From an uncultured bacterium (GTDB taxonomy: Bacteria; Krumholzibacteriota; Krumholzibacteriia; LZORAL124-64-63): a DNA stretch of 64,000 nt. Below the pieces are notes generated by a model. That model saw nothing but the letters and a program-made list of their open reading frames with translations. It searched no databases and was not told the DNA's origin. This document shows, piece after piece, positions 38,719 through 46,691 of this stretch; position 1 is the stretch's first letter; every line of letters starts with the position of its first letter. The translations under genes and the position numbers were made by a program. The stretch covers positions 1,152,001-1,216,000 of the forward strand of contig CAVSGO010000007.1 of assembly GCA_963727525.1 (NCBI GenBank). The letters run 5' to 3'.

Positions 38719-41172
38719 ATGCGACGGTTCAGTGTCATGGTGCTGGCGCCACTGCTGTGTCTGCTGTCCATCCCCACTGCGGTGAGCACCATCCAGAAGC
38801 CTGACCTCGGTCTGCGCATCCACAACCTCGAGGTCGCTGTCGTGGTACCGGGCGGTCCGGCCGATCGTGCCGGCGTGCGCGTGGGCGACCACGTCCGTGC
38901 CCTCGACGGTCACGTGCTGGCGTTCACGACCGAGTTCTACGCCGTCCAGGCCGCCACCTACAGCCTGCAGCCGCGCATCCTCACGGTCGAACGCGGCGGC
39001 GTGGTGCGCGACGTGGCACTCGTGCCGCGCCGCGTGTCGCAGCCGCGTCTGGTCTGGGGCCTGAGCATGTGGCTCGCTGGACTTGCGTTCCTGATGATCG
39101 GCTGGTGGGTGCTCACCCGCCGGCACGACGCCGTCGGGCGCAACTTCTTCGGCCTCTGCCTGGTCTTCGCGTTCTTCCTGCTCGACGTCCCGGATCTGCC
39201 CAACGCCACGTACATGACGGTGAAGGATTTCGTGCGCGAGGTCATGCAACTCCTGCTCCCCCTGTTCTTCCTGCGCTTCTTCCGGCTCTTCCCCACCACG
39301 CTGCCCGGTGCCCCCGCGCCGCGCAAGCCGCGGATCCTCATGTTGCCGCCGCTCGTCCTCTTCCTGCTCACCGTGGCGATGTACCTGACCCACCAGCGCG
39401 AAACCTCGCCGGCTGTGCGCGTGCTGACAGGCATCACGCTGCTCTATTTCGTCGTCTATTTCGTGGCAGGCCTCGTCGCGTTCGCGCGCAAGGTGTGGCG
39501 ACGCGACCGGCCCGTGCTGCACTCGAAGCTGCGCGTGATCTTGCTGGGTCTCGTCTGCGGCCTCGTGCCGTTCCTGACGGCTCACCTCATGGCCGGCCTG
39601 CCGGAGCCGCCGATCCCCCACACGGAGTACCTCGGTTTCTCCCTGCTGCTCGTGCCGGCCAGCTTCGCCCTCGCCATCATGCGCTACGGCGCGCTCGACA
39701 CGGCCTTCGTCGTACGCATAGGCCTGGTCTACGGCCTCGTGACGCTGGCGATCGTGGCGGCATACGTCGTCGCGGTGGCTGGACTCGGGCACCTCATCAC
39801 ACAGACATACGGGCTCGACGAGTTGCCGGTCATGGTGCTCGCCATCGCCGGTTGCAGCCTCGCGGTGCTGCCGCTGCGTCGGGCCATCCAGCGCTGGGTG
39901 GATTCGATGTTCTACCCGGCGCGCCGCGCCGATCGGGAAGCTCTCGCCCGACTCGCGCGAGAGCTGTCCGACCAGATGGATCAAACGGCGGCCCACGAAC
40001 TGCTGCTCGCCCGCCTGCACGCACTCTACCGGCCCGGGCACGTCGCCCTCATGCTGGCCGAGAACGATTTCCCGGCGCCGCTGCGCTGCGTGCACGCCCT
40101 CGCTGGCGGCAAGGTGCGGCCGGTCGACTGCGCGCTCGCCCCGGATGGCGCGTTGCCCGGCTTCCTCAACCGCATCCGGCGACCTGTGTACCGGGAGGAG
40201 TACGAGGATGCGCTGCCCGCGCATTCGCACGACGACGAGACCCGCACCGTACTCGACGACCTTGGCGCCGTGCTGCTTGTCCCTCTCGTGACGGGCAACG
40301 CCCTGCAGGGCATGATCGTGCTCGGGGCCAAGCGCAGCGGCGATCTCTACAGCCAGACCGATCTCACCAACCTCGGCCCCCTTGCCCTGCAGGCCGCGCC
40401 CGCGCTGCGCAGCTTGCGGCTGTATCGCGAGAGCCTGCGCCAGCGCCAGCTCGAGACCGAGCTGGGCGTGGCCCGCGAGATCCAGTCCCAGCTCCTGCCG
40501 ACGGCCCCGCTCGACACGGCGCGATTCAGCATCGCCGGCCACATGGAACCGTGCACGGAGATCGGTGGCGACTACTTCGACTACTTCCTCCTGGACGACG
40601 GCACGCTGGGCCTGGCGATCGCCGATGTCGCCGGCAAGGGCATTCCGGCCTCGCTCCTCATGACGACGGTGCGCGTGACGTTCCGCGCCGAAGCCCTGCC
40701 CGGCCGCGCGCCCGACGCGGTGGTGGGGGCCCTGAACCGCAGCCTGTCGCAGCTACTGGCCAGTGACCAATTCGTGAGCTTCTTCTACGGCATCTTCGAC
40801 CCGGAGACCCGGCAGATCACGTACAGCAACGCGGGCATGGATCCGCCACTGCTCCTGCGTGCCGACGGGAGCCGGGAGGTCCTGCGCAAGGGCGGGCCCG
40901 TGCTTGGCGTGGCGCCCGACCACACCTACCGTCGAGGGACGGTCCGTCTGGAGCCCGGCGACCTGCTGCTCGCCTACACCGACGGCATCACCGAGCAGAC
41001 GGCCCCCGACGGCGAATTCTTCGACCTGCCCCGCCTCGAGGCCCTCGCCAACCAGGCCCGGAACCTGTCGCCGCGAGATCTCTGTGTCAGGATTTTTGGC
41101 GCTGTCGCCGCGTTCGGCGGGCCGGAGGCCTCCGACGATGAGACCGCCATGGTCTTGAAATTCCACGGATAA
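38719..41172 (+). CDS. membrane sensor phosphatase: PDZ, multi-TM, GAF-like and SpoIIE/PP2C domains
   Basis: GGPADRAGVRVGD PDZ motif; multiple TMs; GGDYFD, DVAGKG, SNAG, TDGITE and DDET PP2C motifs intact. Confidence 0.88.
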   Translation: MRRFSVMVLAPLLCLLSIPTAVSTIQKPDLGLRIHNLEVAVVVPGGPADRAGVRVGDHVRALDGHVLAFTTEFYAVQAATYSLQPRILTVERGGVVRDVALVPRRVSQPRLVWGLSMWLAGLAFLMIGWWVLTRRHDAVGRNFFGLCLVFAFFLLDVPDLPNATYMTVKDFVREVMQLLLPLFFLRFFRLFPTTLPGAPAPRKPRILMLPPLVLFLLTVAMYLTHQRETSPAVRVLTGITLLYFVVYFVAGLVAFARKVWRRDRPVLHSKLRVILLGLVCGLVPFLTAHLMAGLPEPPIPHTEYLGFSLLLVPASFALAIMRYGALDTAFVVRIGLVYGLVTLAIVAAYVVAVAGLGHLITQTYGLDELPVMVLAIAGCSLAVLPLRRAIQRWVDSMFYPARRADREALARLARELSDQMDQTAAHELLLARLHALYRPGHVALMLAENDFPAPLRCVHALAGGKVRPVDCALAPDGALPGFLNRIRRPVYREEYEDALPAHSHDDETRTVLDDLGAVLLVPLVTGNALQGMIVLGAKRSGDLYSQTDLTNLGPLALQAAPALRSLRLYRESLRQRQLETELGVAREIQSQLLPTAPLDTARFSIAGHMEPCTEIGGDYFDYFLLDDGTLGLAIADVAGKGIPASLLMTTVRVTFRAEALPGRAPDAVVGALNRSLSQLLASDQFVSFFYGIFDPETRQITYSNAGMDPPLLLRADGSREVLRKGGPVLGVAPDHTYRRGTVRLEPGDLLLAYTDGITEQTAPDGEFFDLPRLEALANQARNLSPRDLCVRIFGAVAAFGGPEASDDETAMVLKFHG

Positions 41173-41234
41173 GAACGGCTAAAGAAAAACCGGCCCCGGA
41201 CTTGCTTCAGAATTGTCGGCCGTTCAGTCCGGGA

Positions 41235-41261
41235 TCAAGTCCCGGCCCGGATTGCCGATGA
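41235..41261 (+). promoter_or_regulatory. sigma28 (FliA)-like promoter
   Basis: TCAAGTCC-N11-GCCGATGA versus consensus TAAAGTTT-N11-GCCGATAA. Confidence 0.5.
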
Positions 41262-41311
41262 CATCGATACGTCCGAAACCGAGGACCCTAGCCCAGGAAA
41301 GGGGGAGAGAG

Positions 41312-41377
41312 ATGGACGGCGACACCATCGTGATCGTACTCATGCTCATCGATCTCTTCTGGTGGTTGAGACGATGA
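41312..41377 (+). CDS. putative 21-aa hydrophobic small protein MDGDTIVIVLMLIDLFWWLRR
   Basis: Purine-rich RBS (AGGAAAGGGGGAGAGAG) directly upstream; single hydrophobic stretch; hairpin directly downstream. Confidence 0.5.
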   Translation: MDGDTIVIVLMLIDLFWWLRR

Positions 41378-41392
41378 TCCCAGCAGCCTGCT

Positions 41393-41428
41393 AGTCCCTA
41401 GTCGGGCCTCGCTCGCCGGCTAGGGACT
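41393..41428. terminator. hairpin between the sORF and the convergent tlpA-like gene
   Basis: agtccctagtcgg ... ccggctagggact stem followed by a pyrimidine-rich tract. Confidence 0.6.
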
Positions 41429-41444
41429 TCCTCTGTTCCGCCGC

Positions 41445-41984
41445 TCAGATTGCGAGCACCTGCTTCACTTCCTTCTCGTACGTCTCCTTCGCATTCAATC
41501 CCACCCACGCCTTCACGACCGTACCCTGCGGATCGATGAGATACGTGGTCGGAATGCTCTGGACGTTGCCATACGCGGCCGCCACCTCGGGTCCGCGCGG
41601 ATCGGCGAGCACCGTGAACGTGAGCCCCATCTTGTCGACGAAGGCCGGCACCACGGCGGCCGGATTCTGATCGAGGGACACGGCCAGGACGACGAGCTTA
41701 TCGGCGTACTCCTCGCTCAGATCCTGCAGATGCGGCATCGACGCCCGGCAGGGCGGACACCAGGTCGCCCAGAAGTCGACGATGACGGCCTTGCCGCGGT
41801 AGTCGCTCAGCGACACGGCCTTGCCCGCCACATCCTTGAGCGTGAAATCGGGCGCCAGCTTCCCGATGCCGAACCCGCCGGTGGCCGCCATCGCCTTGTC
41901 GGCGGTACCGGAGTCCTTCTCGCCGCCGCAGCCGGCGACGACGAGCAACGCGCAGAAGGCCAGCAGGGTGAACTTGCGGGTCAC
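41445..41984 (-). CDS. TlpA/ResA family thiol-disulfide reductase lipoprotein
   Basis: Lipobox VAGC, APDFTL, DFWATWCPPC, IPTTYLID. Confidence 0.9.
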   Translation of the reverse strand: MTRKFTLLAFCALLVVAGCGGEKDSGTADKAMAATGGFGIGKLAPDFTLKDVAGKAVSLSDYRGKAVIVDFWATWCPPCRASMPHLQDLSEEYADKLVVLAVSLDQNPAAVVPAFVDKMGLTFTVLADPRGPEVAAAYGNVQSIPTTYLIDPQGTVVKAWVGLNAKETYEKEVKQVLAI

Positions 41985-42143
41985 GATTCGGTCCTTTCCA
42001 TCGGGGGTCCAGGGATTCGCCACGGGGCCGGAACTCTTGCCATACCACACAAGTTCATTTGGCCCGTCGTCCCTCTATGGTATACCTTGGCGCGAGCATC
42101 CGAAAGGTCTCGCTCGCAGTCCCCGCCGGAAAGGACAGCCCCG

Positions 42144-43934
42144 ATGCCCCCGCATCCGAAGCCTCGCTGGTCCCGAATCGCGATCCTCGGCCTGACCCTC
42201 CTCGCAGCTGTCGGATCCCGATCCGTCCTGGCCGCCGACCTCGATGTGACGCCTCGCGACGAGACGGTGATGATCGGGCAGGATCTCATCCTGGAATTCC
42301 GCCTTCCCGACGGGGCCGTGGTGCCGGCCACCGACCTCGAGATCGTGGTCTCGGGCGAGAACACCGATGATATCCTCGCCTCCGCCTATCCGGTGAAGGA
42401 TCTTGGCGGCGGCCGCTACGAGTTCGCGTCGCCCACCATGGCCGACGCCGCTCCGGGCACGTACCCGCTGACGCTCACCGTCCGCTACCCGGGCAGCGAC
42501 GGCCCGCAAGAGGCGAACTGGACCGGCGACGTGGTGCTCGACTTCGGCGGCAAGTGGACGAGCGCGCGCATCACGTGGTTCATCGCCAACAAGGGTCTGC
42601 CGCTGTTCTTGCTCGTGGTGTTCGGGTTCGGCGTGCTCATGAGCTTCACGCCCTGCATCTATCCGATGATCCCGATCACCCTCGCCGTCATCGGCGCGCA
42701 GAGTACCGACAAGGGCCTGGTCAAGGGCTTCCTGATCGCCCTCACCTACGGTCTGGGACTGGCCATCGTCTACGCGGTGATCGGCGCCGTCAGCGCCACG
42801 GTGTTCAGCGGCATCACCGCCTTCTTGCAGAGTCCCGTGGTGCTCATTCCCATCGCGGTGCTCATGATCACGCTCAGCTTCGCGATGTTCGGCGCCTACG
42901 AATTGCAGGCTCCGGCGTTCCTGCGCGATCGCCTCACCGGCCCCGGCGGCAACCGCGCCGGAGTGGCGGGCGCGTTCGTCATGGGCATGGTCGCCGGCCT
43001 CGTGGCCTCGCCCTGCGTGGGACCGTTCCTCGGCGCCCTGCTCCTGTGGGTGGGCACGACGGGCAGCGTGTTTCTGGGCTTCTGGACGCTCTTCGTCTTC
43101 GGCCTCGGTCTCAGCCTGCTGCTGGTGATGGTGGGCACCTTCCCCGCCGCTATGGGCTCGCTGCCGCAGAGCGGCGGCTGGATGGACACCGTCAAGAGAG
43201 GCATGGGACTGCTCCTGCTCTACATGGCGTTCTTCTTCCTGCGCCCGGGCATGGTGCTACCCGCCGGGATCTTCTACCCCCTGCTCGGCATCGTGACCAT
43301 CATCGTCGCCACGTTCCTGGGTGCATTCGATCGCCTGGGCGAGACCAGCACCTGGTGGGACCGCACGCGCAAGGCCCTGGGTCTCGTGGCCCTCGCCGCC
43401 GGCATGTGGCTGCTCGTGGGATCCTGGATCCAGCACGGCTGGTTGCTGCCCCCGCTCAAGGGCGAGCCCGTCATCGTCACCGAGGCGGGCGACGCCGGCC
43501 TCCGCGACGCGATGACCACCGCCCCACTGCGGACCACCGCGCCGGCCGCGATGGAGCCGGAGGTGCCCTTCCAGAAGGTCCAGACCGGTGAACAGGTACA
43601 GGCCTTCCTCGACACACAGATCGCGGAAGCCAAGCGTACCGGCCAGCCCATCGTCATCGACTTCTGGGCCACGTGGTGCAAGATCTGCCACGAGCTGGAC
43701 GAGAAGGTCTGGGTGGATCCCGCGGTGATCCAGGAGAGCCAGCGCTACCATTGCCTGAAGGTCGACTGCACCGACATGGACGACGAGATGGAAGCCATCT
43801 GGGACCGGTTCAACATTAGCGGACTGCCGACTGTCGCGTTCATCGACAGCCGTGGCGAGATCCTGCACGGCCGCACGGTACGGGGCTTCAAGTCGGCTCC
43901 CGACATGGCGGCGTTGATGGCGTCGATCCGCTGA
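42144..43934 (+). CDS. dsbD: DsbD/CcdA-type disulfide reductase with C-terminal thioredoxin domain
   Basis: TM cysteines in FTPCIYP and ASPCVGP; LPQSGGWM; DFWATWCKIC. Confidence 0.87.
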   Translation: MPPHPKPRWSRIAILGLTLLAAVGSRSVLAADLDVTPRDETVMIGQDLILEFRLPDGAVVPATDLEIVVSGENTDDILASAYPVKDLGGGRYEFASPTMADAAPGTYPLTLTVRYPGSDGPQEANWTGDVVLDFGGKWTSARITWFIANKGLPLFLLVVFGFGVLMSFTPCIYPMIPITLAVIGAQSTDKGLVKGFLIALTYGLGLAIVYAVIGAVSATVFSGITAFLQSPVVLIPIAVLMITLSFAMFGAYELQAPAFLRDRLTGPGGNRAGVAGAFVMGMVAGLVASPCVGPFLGALLLWVGTTGSVFLGFWTLFVFGLGLSLLLVMVGTFPAAMGSLPQSGGWMDTVKRGMGLLLLYMAFFFLRPGMVLPAGIFYPLLGIVTIIVATFLGAFDRLGETSTWWDRTRKALGLVALAAGMWLLVGSWIQHGWLLPPLKGEPVIVTEAGDAGLRDAMTTAPLRTTAPAAMEPEVPFQKVQTGEQVQAFLDTQIAEAKRTGQPIVIDFWATWCKICHELDEKVWVDPAVIQESQRYHCLKVDCTDMDDEMEAIWDRFNISGLPTVAFIDSRGEILHGRTVRGFKSAPDMAALMASIR

Positions 43935-43942
43935 GCGCGCGG

Positions 43943-44737
43943 TTACTGGAAACGCTTCTCGTTGCGGTAGTCGATGTCGAAGACGCGTAGCGGCAGGCCG
44001 TCGCTCTCGGTGAGCACCTCGAGGATGCCGTCGCCATCGATGTCGAGCAGCTGCACGCGGTTGCCGAACGCCTCGTCTTCCCACTTCACGGCCCCCGAAC
44101 CGGAGTCCAGGATCTGGCCGGTGTTCAGCACCAGTTCGGGGCGGCCGTCGCCGTCGACGTCGCCCACGACGAGGCGCGTGGCGTCGTAGTCCTGAAGGCT
44201 CGTCCAGTCGCGCGAGAAGCTCTGGCCGTCCACGTAATTCAGCTTGTGGTCGGCAAGCAGCACGATCTCCGCCTGCGGATCCTGGTCGACGTTGGCCACG
44301 GCGAACGCCTGGATCTGCTGGTAGTCGTTGGACAGCGATTCGAAGAGCAGCTGGAAACCGTCGAGCGACCACACGTAGAGTCGCCCACCCGAGGTGCGTG
44401 CCACGATCGCGTCGTCGAGGCCGTCGCCGCTGAGGTCGACGCAGAGCACCTCGTCGGCGTTGCCGGCGAGCTGGCGACTCTTCCACACCGGCTTGCTCTC
44501 GCCGTCGGGTTGCAGGGCGAACACGTCGACTTTGCCGTAGCGGTCGCCCACCACGATGTTCATGCCCGCTTCTCCGGACAGCGGCTCGAACATGGCCACG
44601 TGCTTGAGCCGCGCCGACGTCTCGGCGATGGCGCGGTACTGATCGTAAGAGAGTTCGTCCTGCGCGGCGGCGAGCGAGGCCGCCATAAGCAGGACCGGGA
44701 CCAGCAGGCGCCAGCAGTTGCAGCGAGTCGGGTTCAT
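43943..44737 (-). CDS. secreted FG-GAP/VCBS-repeat protein
   Basis: Signal peptide; repeats DLSGDGLDD, NVDQDPQAE, DVDGDGRPE, DIDGDGILE. Confidence 0.8.
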   Translation of the reverse strand: MNPTRCNCWRLLVPVLLMAASLAAAQDELSYDQYRAIAETSARLKHVAMFEPLSGEAGMNIVVGDRYGKVDVFALQPDGESKPVWKSRQLAGNADEVLCVDLSGDGLDDAIVARTSGGRLYVWSLDGFQLLFESLSNDYQQIQAFAVANVDQDPQAEIVLLADHKLNYVDGQSFSRDWTSLQDYDATRLVVGDVDGDGRPELVLNTGQILDSGSGAVKWEDEAFGNRVQLLDIDGDGILEVLTESDGLPLRVFDIDYRNEKRFQ

Positions 44738-44853
44738 GTCTCTTCCTCACGGAGTCGGGACAGCGGTGCAGGGGATGCCCCTGACGATACTGCCGCCGGC
44801 CGGAATCGACCAGGACGTTGTCTCAGGCGCGTGGGATCGCTAAACTCCCACAG

Positions 44854-45477
44854 ATGGACGACGCCTACCTCACGCTCGCCGGGCCGGCCGAGGCCGAGAT
44901 CCGTATCCAGCGCTCGCGGTTCCTCGCGCTGGCCGCGCCGGCCGCTGACGAGGCCACGGCCCGTGCCGCTGTCACCGCGATGCAGCAGCGCTACCACGAC
45001 TGCCGTCACGTCTGCCACGCCTGGCGGCTCGGCCGGGCCACCCATACCATCGAGGCCCGCCAGGACGCCGGAGAACCGGCGGGCACGGCCGGCGAGCCGA
45101 TCCTCGTGGCGATCCGCCAGGCTGACCTGGTGGACACCGTCGTCGTGGTGGCGCGCTATTTCGGGGGCATCAAGCTGGGCACCGGCGGCCTCGCCCGCGC
45201 GTATGGCGACGCCGCCCAGGGTGCGCTCACGGCCGCACCACGCCGCGAGGTGCGCCTCGGCCGCATGGCCGCCCTGGCGTTCGGCTACGCCTGGCAACGC
45301 ACGGTCGGACACGTCCTGGAGCAATGCGGCGGCCACTGCGTCGGCGAGGAATACGGGGCGGACGTCCGCTGGCGGGTATGGCTGCCCCTGGCCACGGTGG
45401 ACGCATTCACGACCGCCGTGTGCGAAGCCACGGCCGGCGCCGTGGCCGCGGCCTGGCATGACGAAGGCCCCGCCTGA
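44854..45477 (+). CDS. yigZ: YigZ/IMPACT family protein
   Basis: SRFLA, H.CHAW, DAGEPAGTAG.PIL, RYFGGIKLGTGGLARAY. Confidence 0.92.
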   Translation: MDDAYLTLAGPAEAEIRIQRSRFLALAAPAADEATARAAVTAMQQRYHDCRHVCHAWRLGRATHTIEARQDAGEPAGTAGEPILVAIRQADLVDTVVVVARYFGGIKLGTGGLARAYGDAAQGALTAAPRREVRLGRMAALAFGYAWQRTVGHVLEQCGGHCVGEEYGADVRWRVWLPLATVDAFTTAVCEATAGAVAAAWHDEGPA

Positions 45478-45485
45478 GCGGGGCC
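45466..45485. terminator. hairpin between convergent yigZ and sigma factor genes
   Basis: ggccccgc-ctga-gcggggcc. Confidence 0.5.
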
Positions 45486-45517
45486 CTCGCGCGACGCGGT
45501 CAAGAGGTGCGGGTGTC

Positions 45518-46399
45518 CTAGCTCGCTTCCGCGTAATCCTGCATGTACCGGAACGTCTTGCTCGACCGGATCTTCTCGAACGCCTCTTCCTTGATCTGAC
45601 GGATCCGCTCGCGCGTCAGTCCCATGATCTGGCCGATCTCCTCGAGCGTCATCTCGCGCTCGCTGCCGAGGCCGTAGTACAGGCGCAGAACCTTCGCCTC
45701 GCGCTCCTTGAGGTCGCCGAGCATGCGGTGGATCGAGCTGTGCAGGTCGTCCTCCAGCACCTGGGCGTCGGGACCGGCGCTCGTGGTGTCCTCGAGGAAG
45801 TCGAGGTACGTACTGTCCTCGTCATTGCCGACGAAGTCGTCGAGGAAGAAGTTGTCCTGCATGAGCGGCAAGGTGTCCTTCACTTCGTCCACCGAGAGCT
45901 TCAGCTCCGCCGCGATCTCCTCGGGCTCCGGCTTGCGGCGCAGGCGCTGCTGCAGCTCGCCGCTGACCTTCTTGATCTGGTTCAGCACGCGCGCGCGATT
46001 CAGGGGCATGCGCACGATCTTGCTGTGGTTCGCCAGTGCCGCGAGAATCGACTGGCGGATCCACCACACGGCGTAGCTGATGAACTTGTAGCCGCGCGTC
46101 TCGTCGAAGCGCTGGGCCGCCTTCAGCAATCCGAGGTTGCCCTCGTTGATCAGATCCTCCAGGGGCACGCCGTAGTGCGCGTATTCTTTCGCGATCGAGA
46201 CCACGAAGCGCAGGTTCGCCTTCACCAATCTATGCAGCGCGGCCGCGTCGTTCCCGTGAATGCCGCGGGCGAGTTCGCACTCCTCCTCGCGGGTCAGCAA
46301 CTGGTACGCCTTCACTTCCTGGAAGTAGAGGTCGAGGTTGCTCATCAGCTGGTTGGTGGCACCGCTTTGCTTCTCACTGAATTTCTTCACGTTGGCCAT
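45518..46399 (-). CDS. short RpoD/SigA-family sigma70 factor lacking region 1.1
   Basis: ANLRFVVSIAK, DLINEGNLGL, FDETRGYKFISYAVWWIRQSI, TLEEIG..MGLTRERIRQI; 293 aa. Confidence 0.93.
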   Translation of the reverse strand: MANVKKFSEKQSGATNQLMSNLDLYFQEVKAYQLLTREEECELARGIHGNDAAALHRLVKANLRFVVSIAKEYAHYGVPLEDLINEGNLGLLKAAQRFDETRGYKFISYAVWWIRQSILAALANHSKIVRMPLNRARVLNQIKKVSGELQQRLRRKPEPEEIAAELKLSVDEVKDTLPLMQDNFFLDDFVGNDEDSTYLDFLEDTTSAGPDAQVLEDDLHSSIHRMLGDLKEREAKVLRLYYGLGSEREMTLEEIGQIMGLTRERIRQIKEEAFEKIRSSKTFRYMQDYAEAS

Positions 46400-46691
46400 G
46401 GATCACCTCGTCAGCCCGGGGTCGCGTGGGGTTCATTGGGTCTTTGTTGTTTTCCTTACTAACAAGATCCGGACCACTTGGATGGGTTTCCGAGAACTCC
46501 AGGCGGAATTTGAAGCTGTTATTATTCAATGACTTACAACGTCGACCGAACACCTCTCGCCTGGCAATACATGAGATCAATCGTCCAGCTATGCCATATT
46601 GTCAAAATGGCGTCAATTCGGGGGTCAGTTTGTCAAAGTGATCGCACCTTTCGCGCTGGTCTACGCCGGGCCCGATGACTAGACTTCCGGC

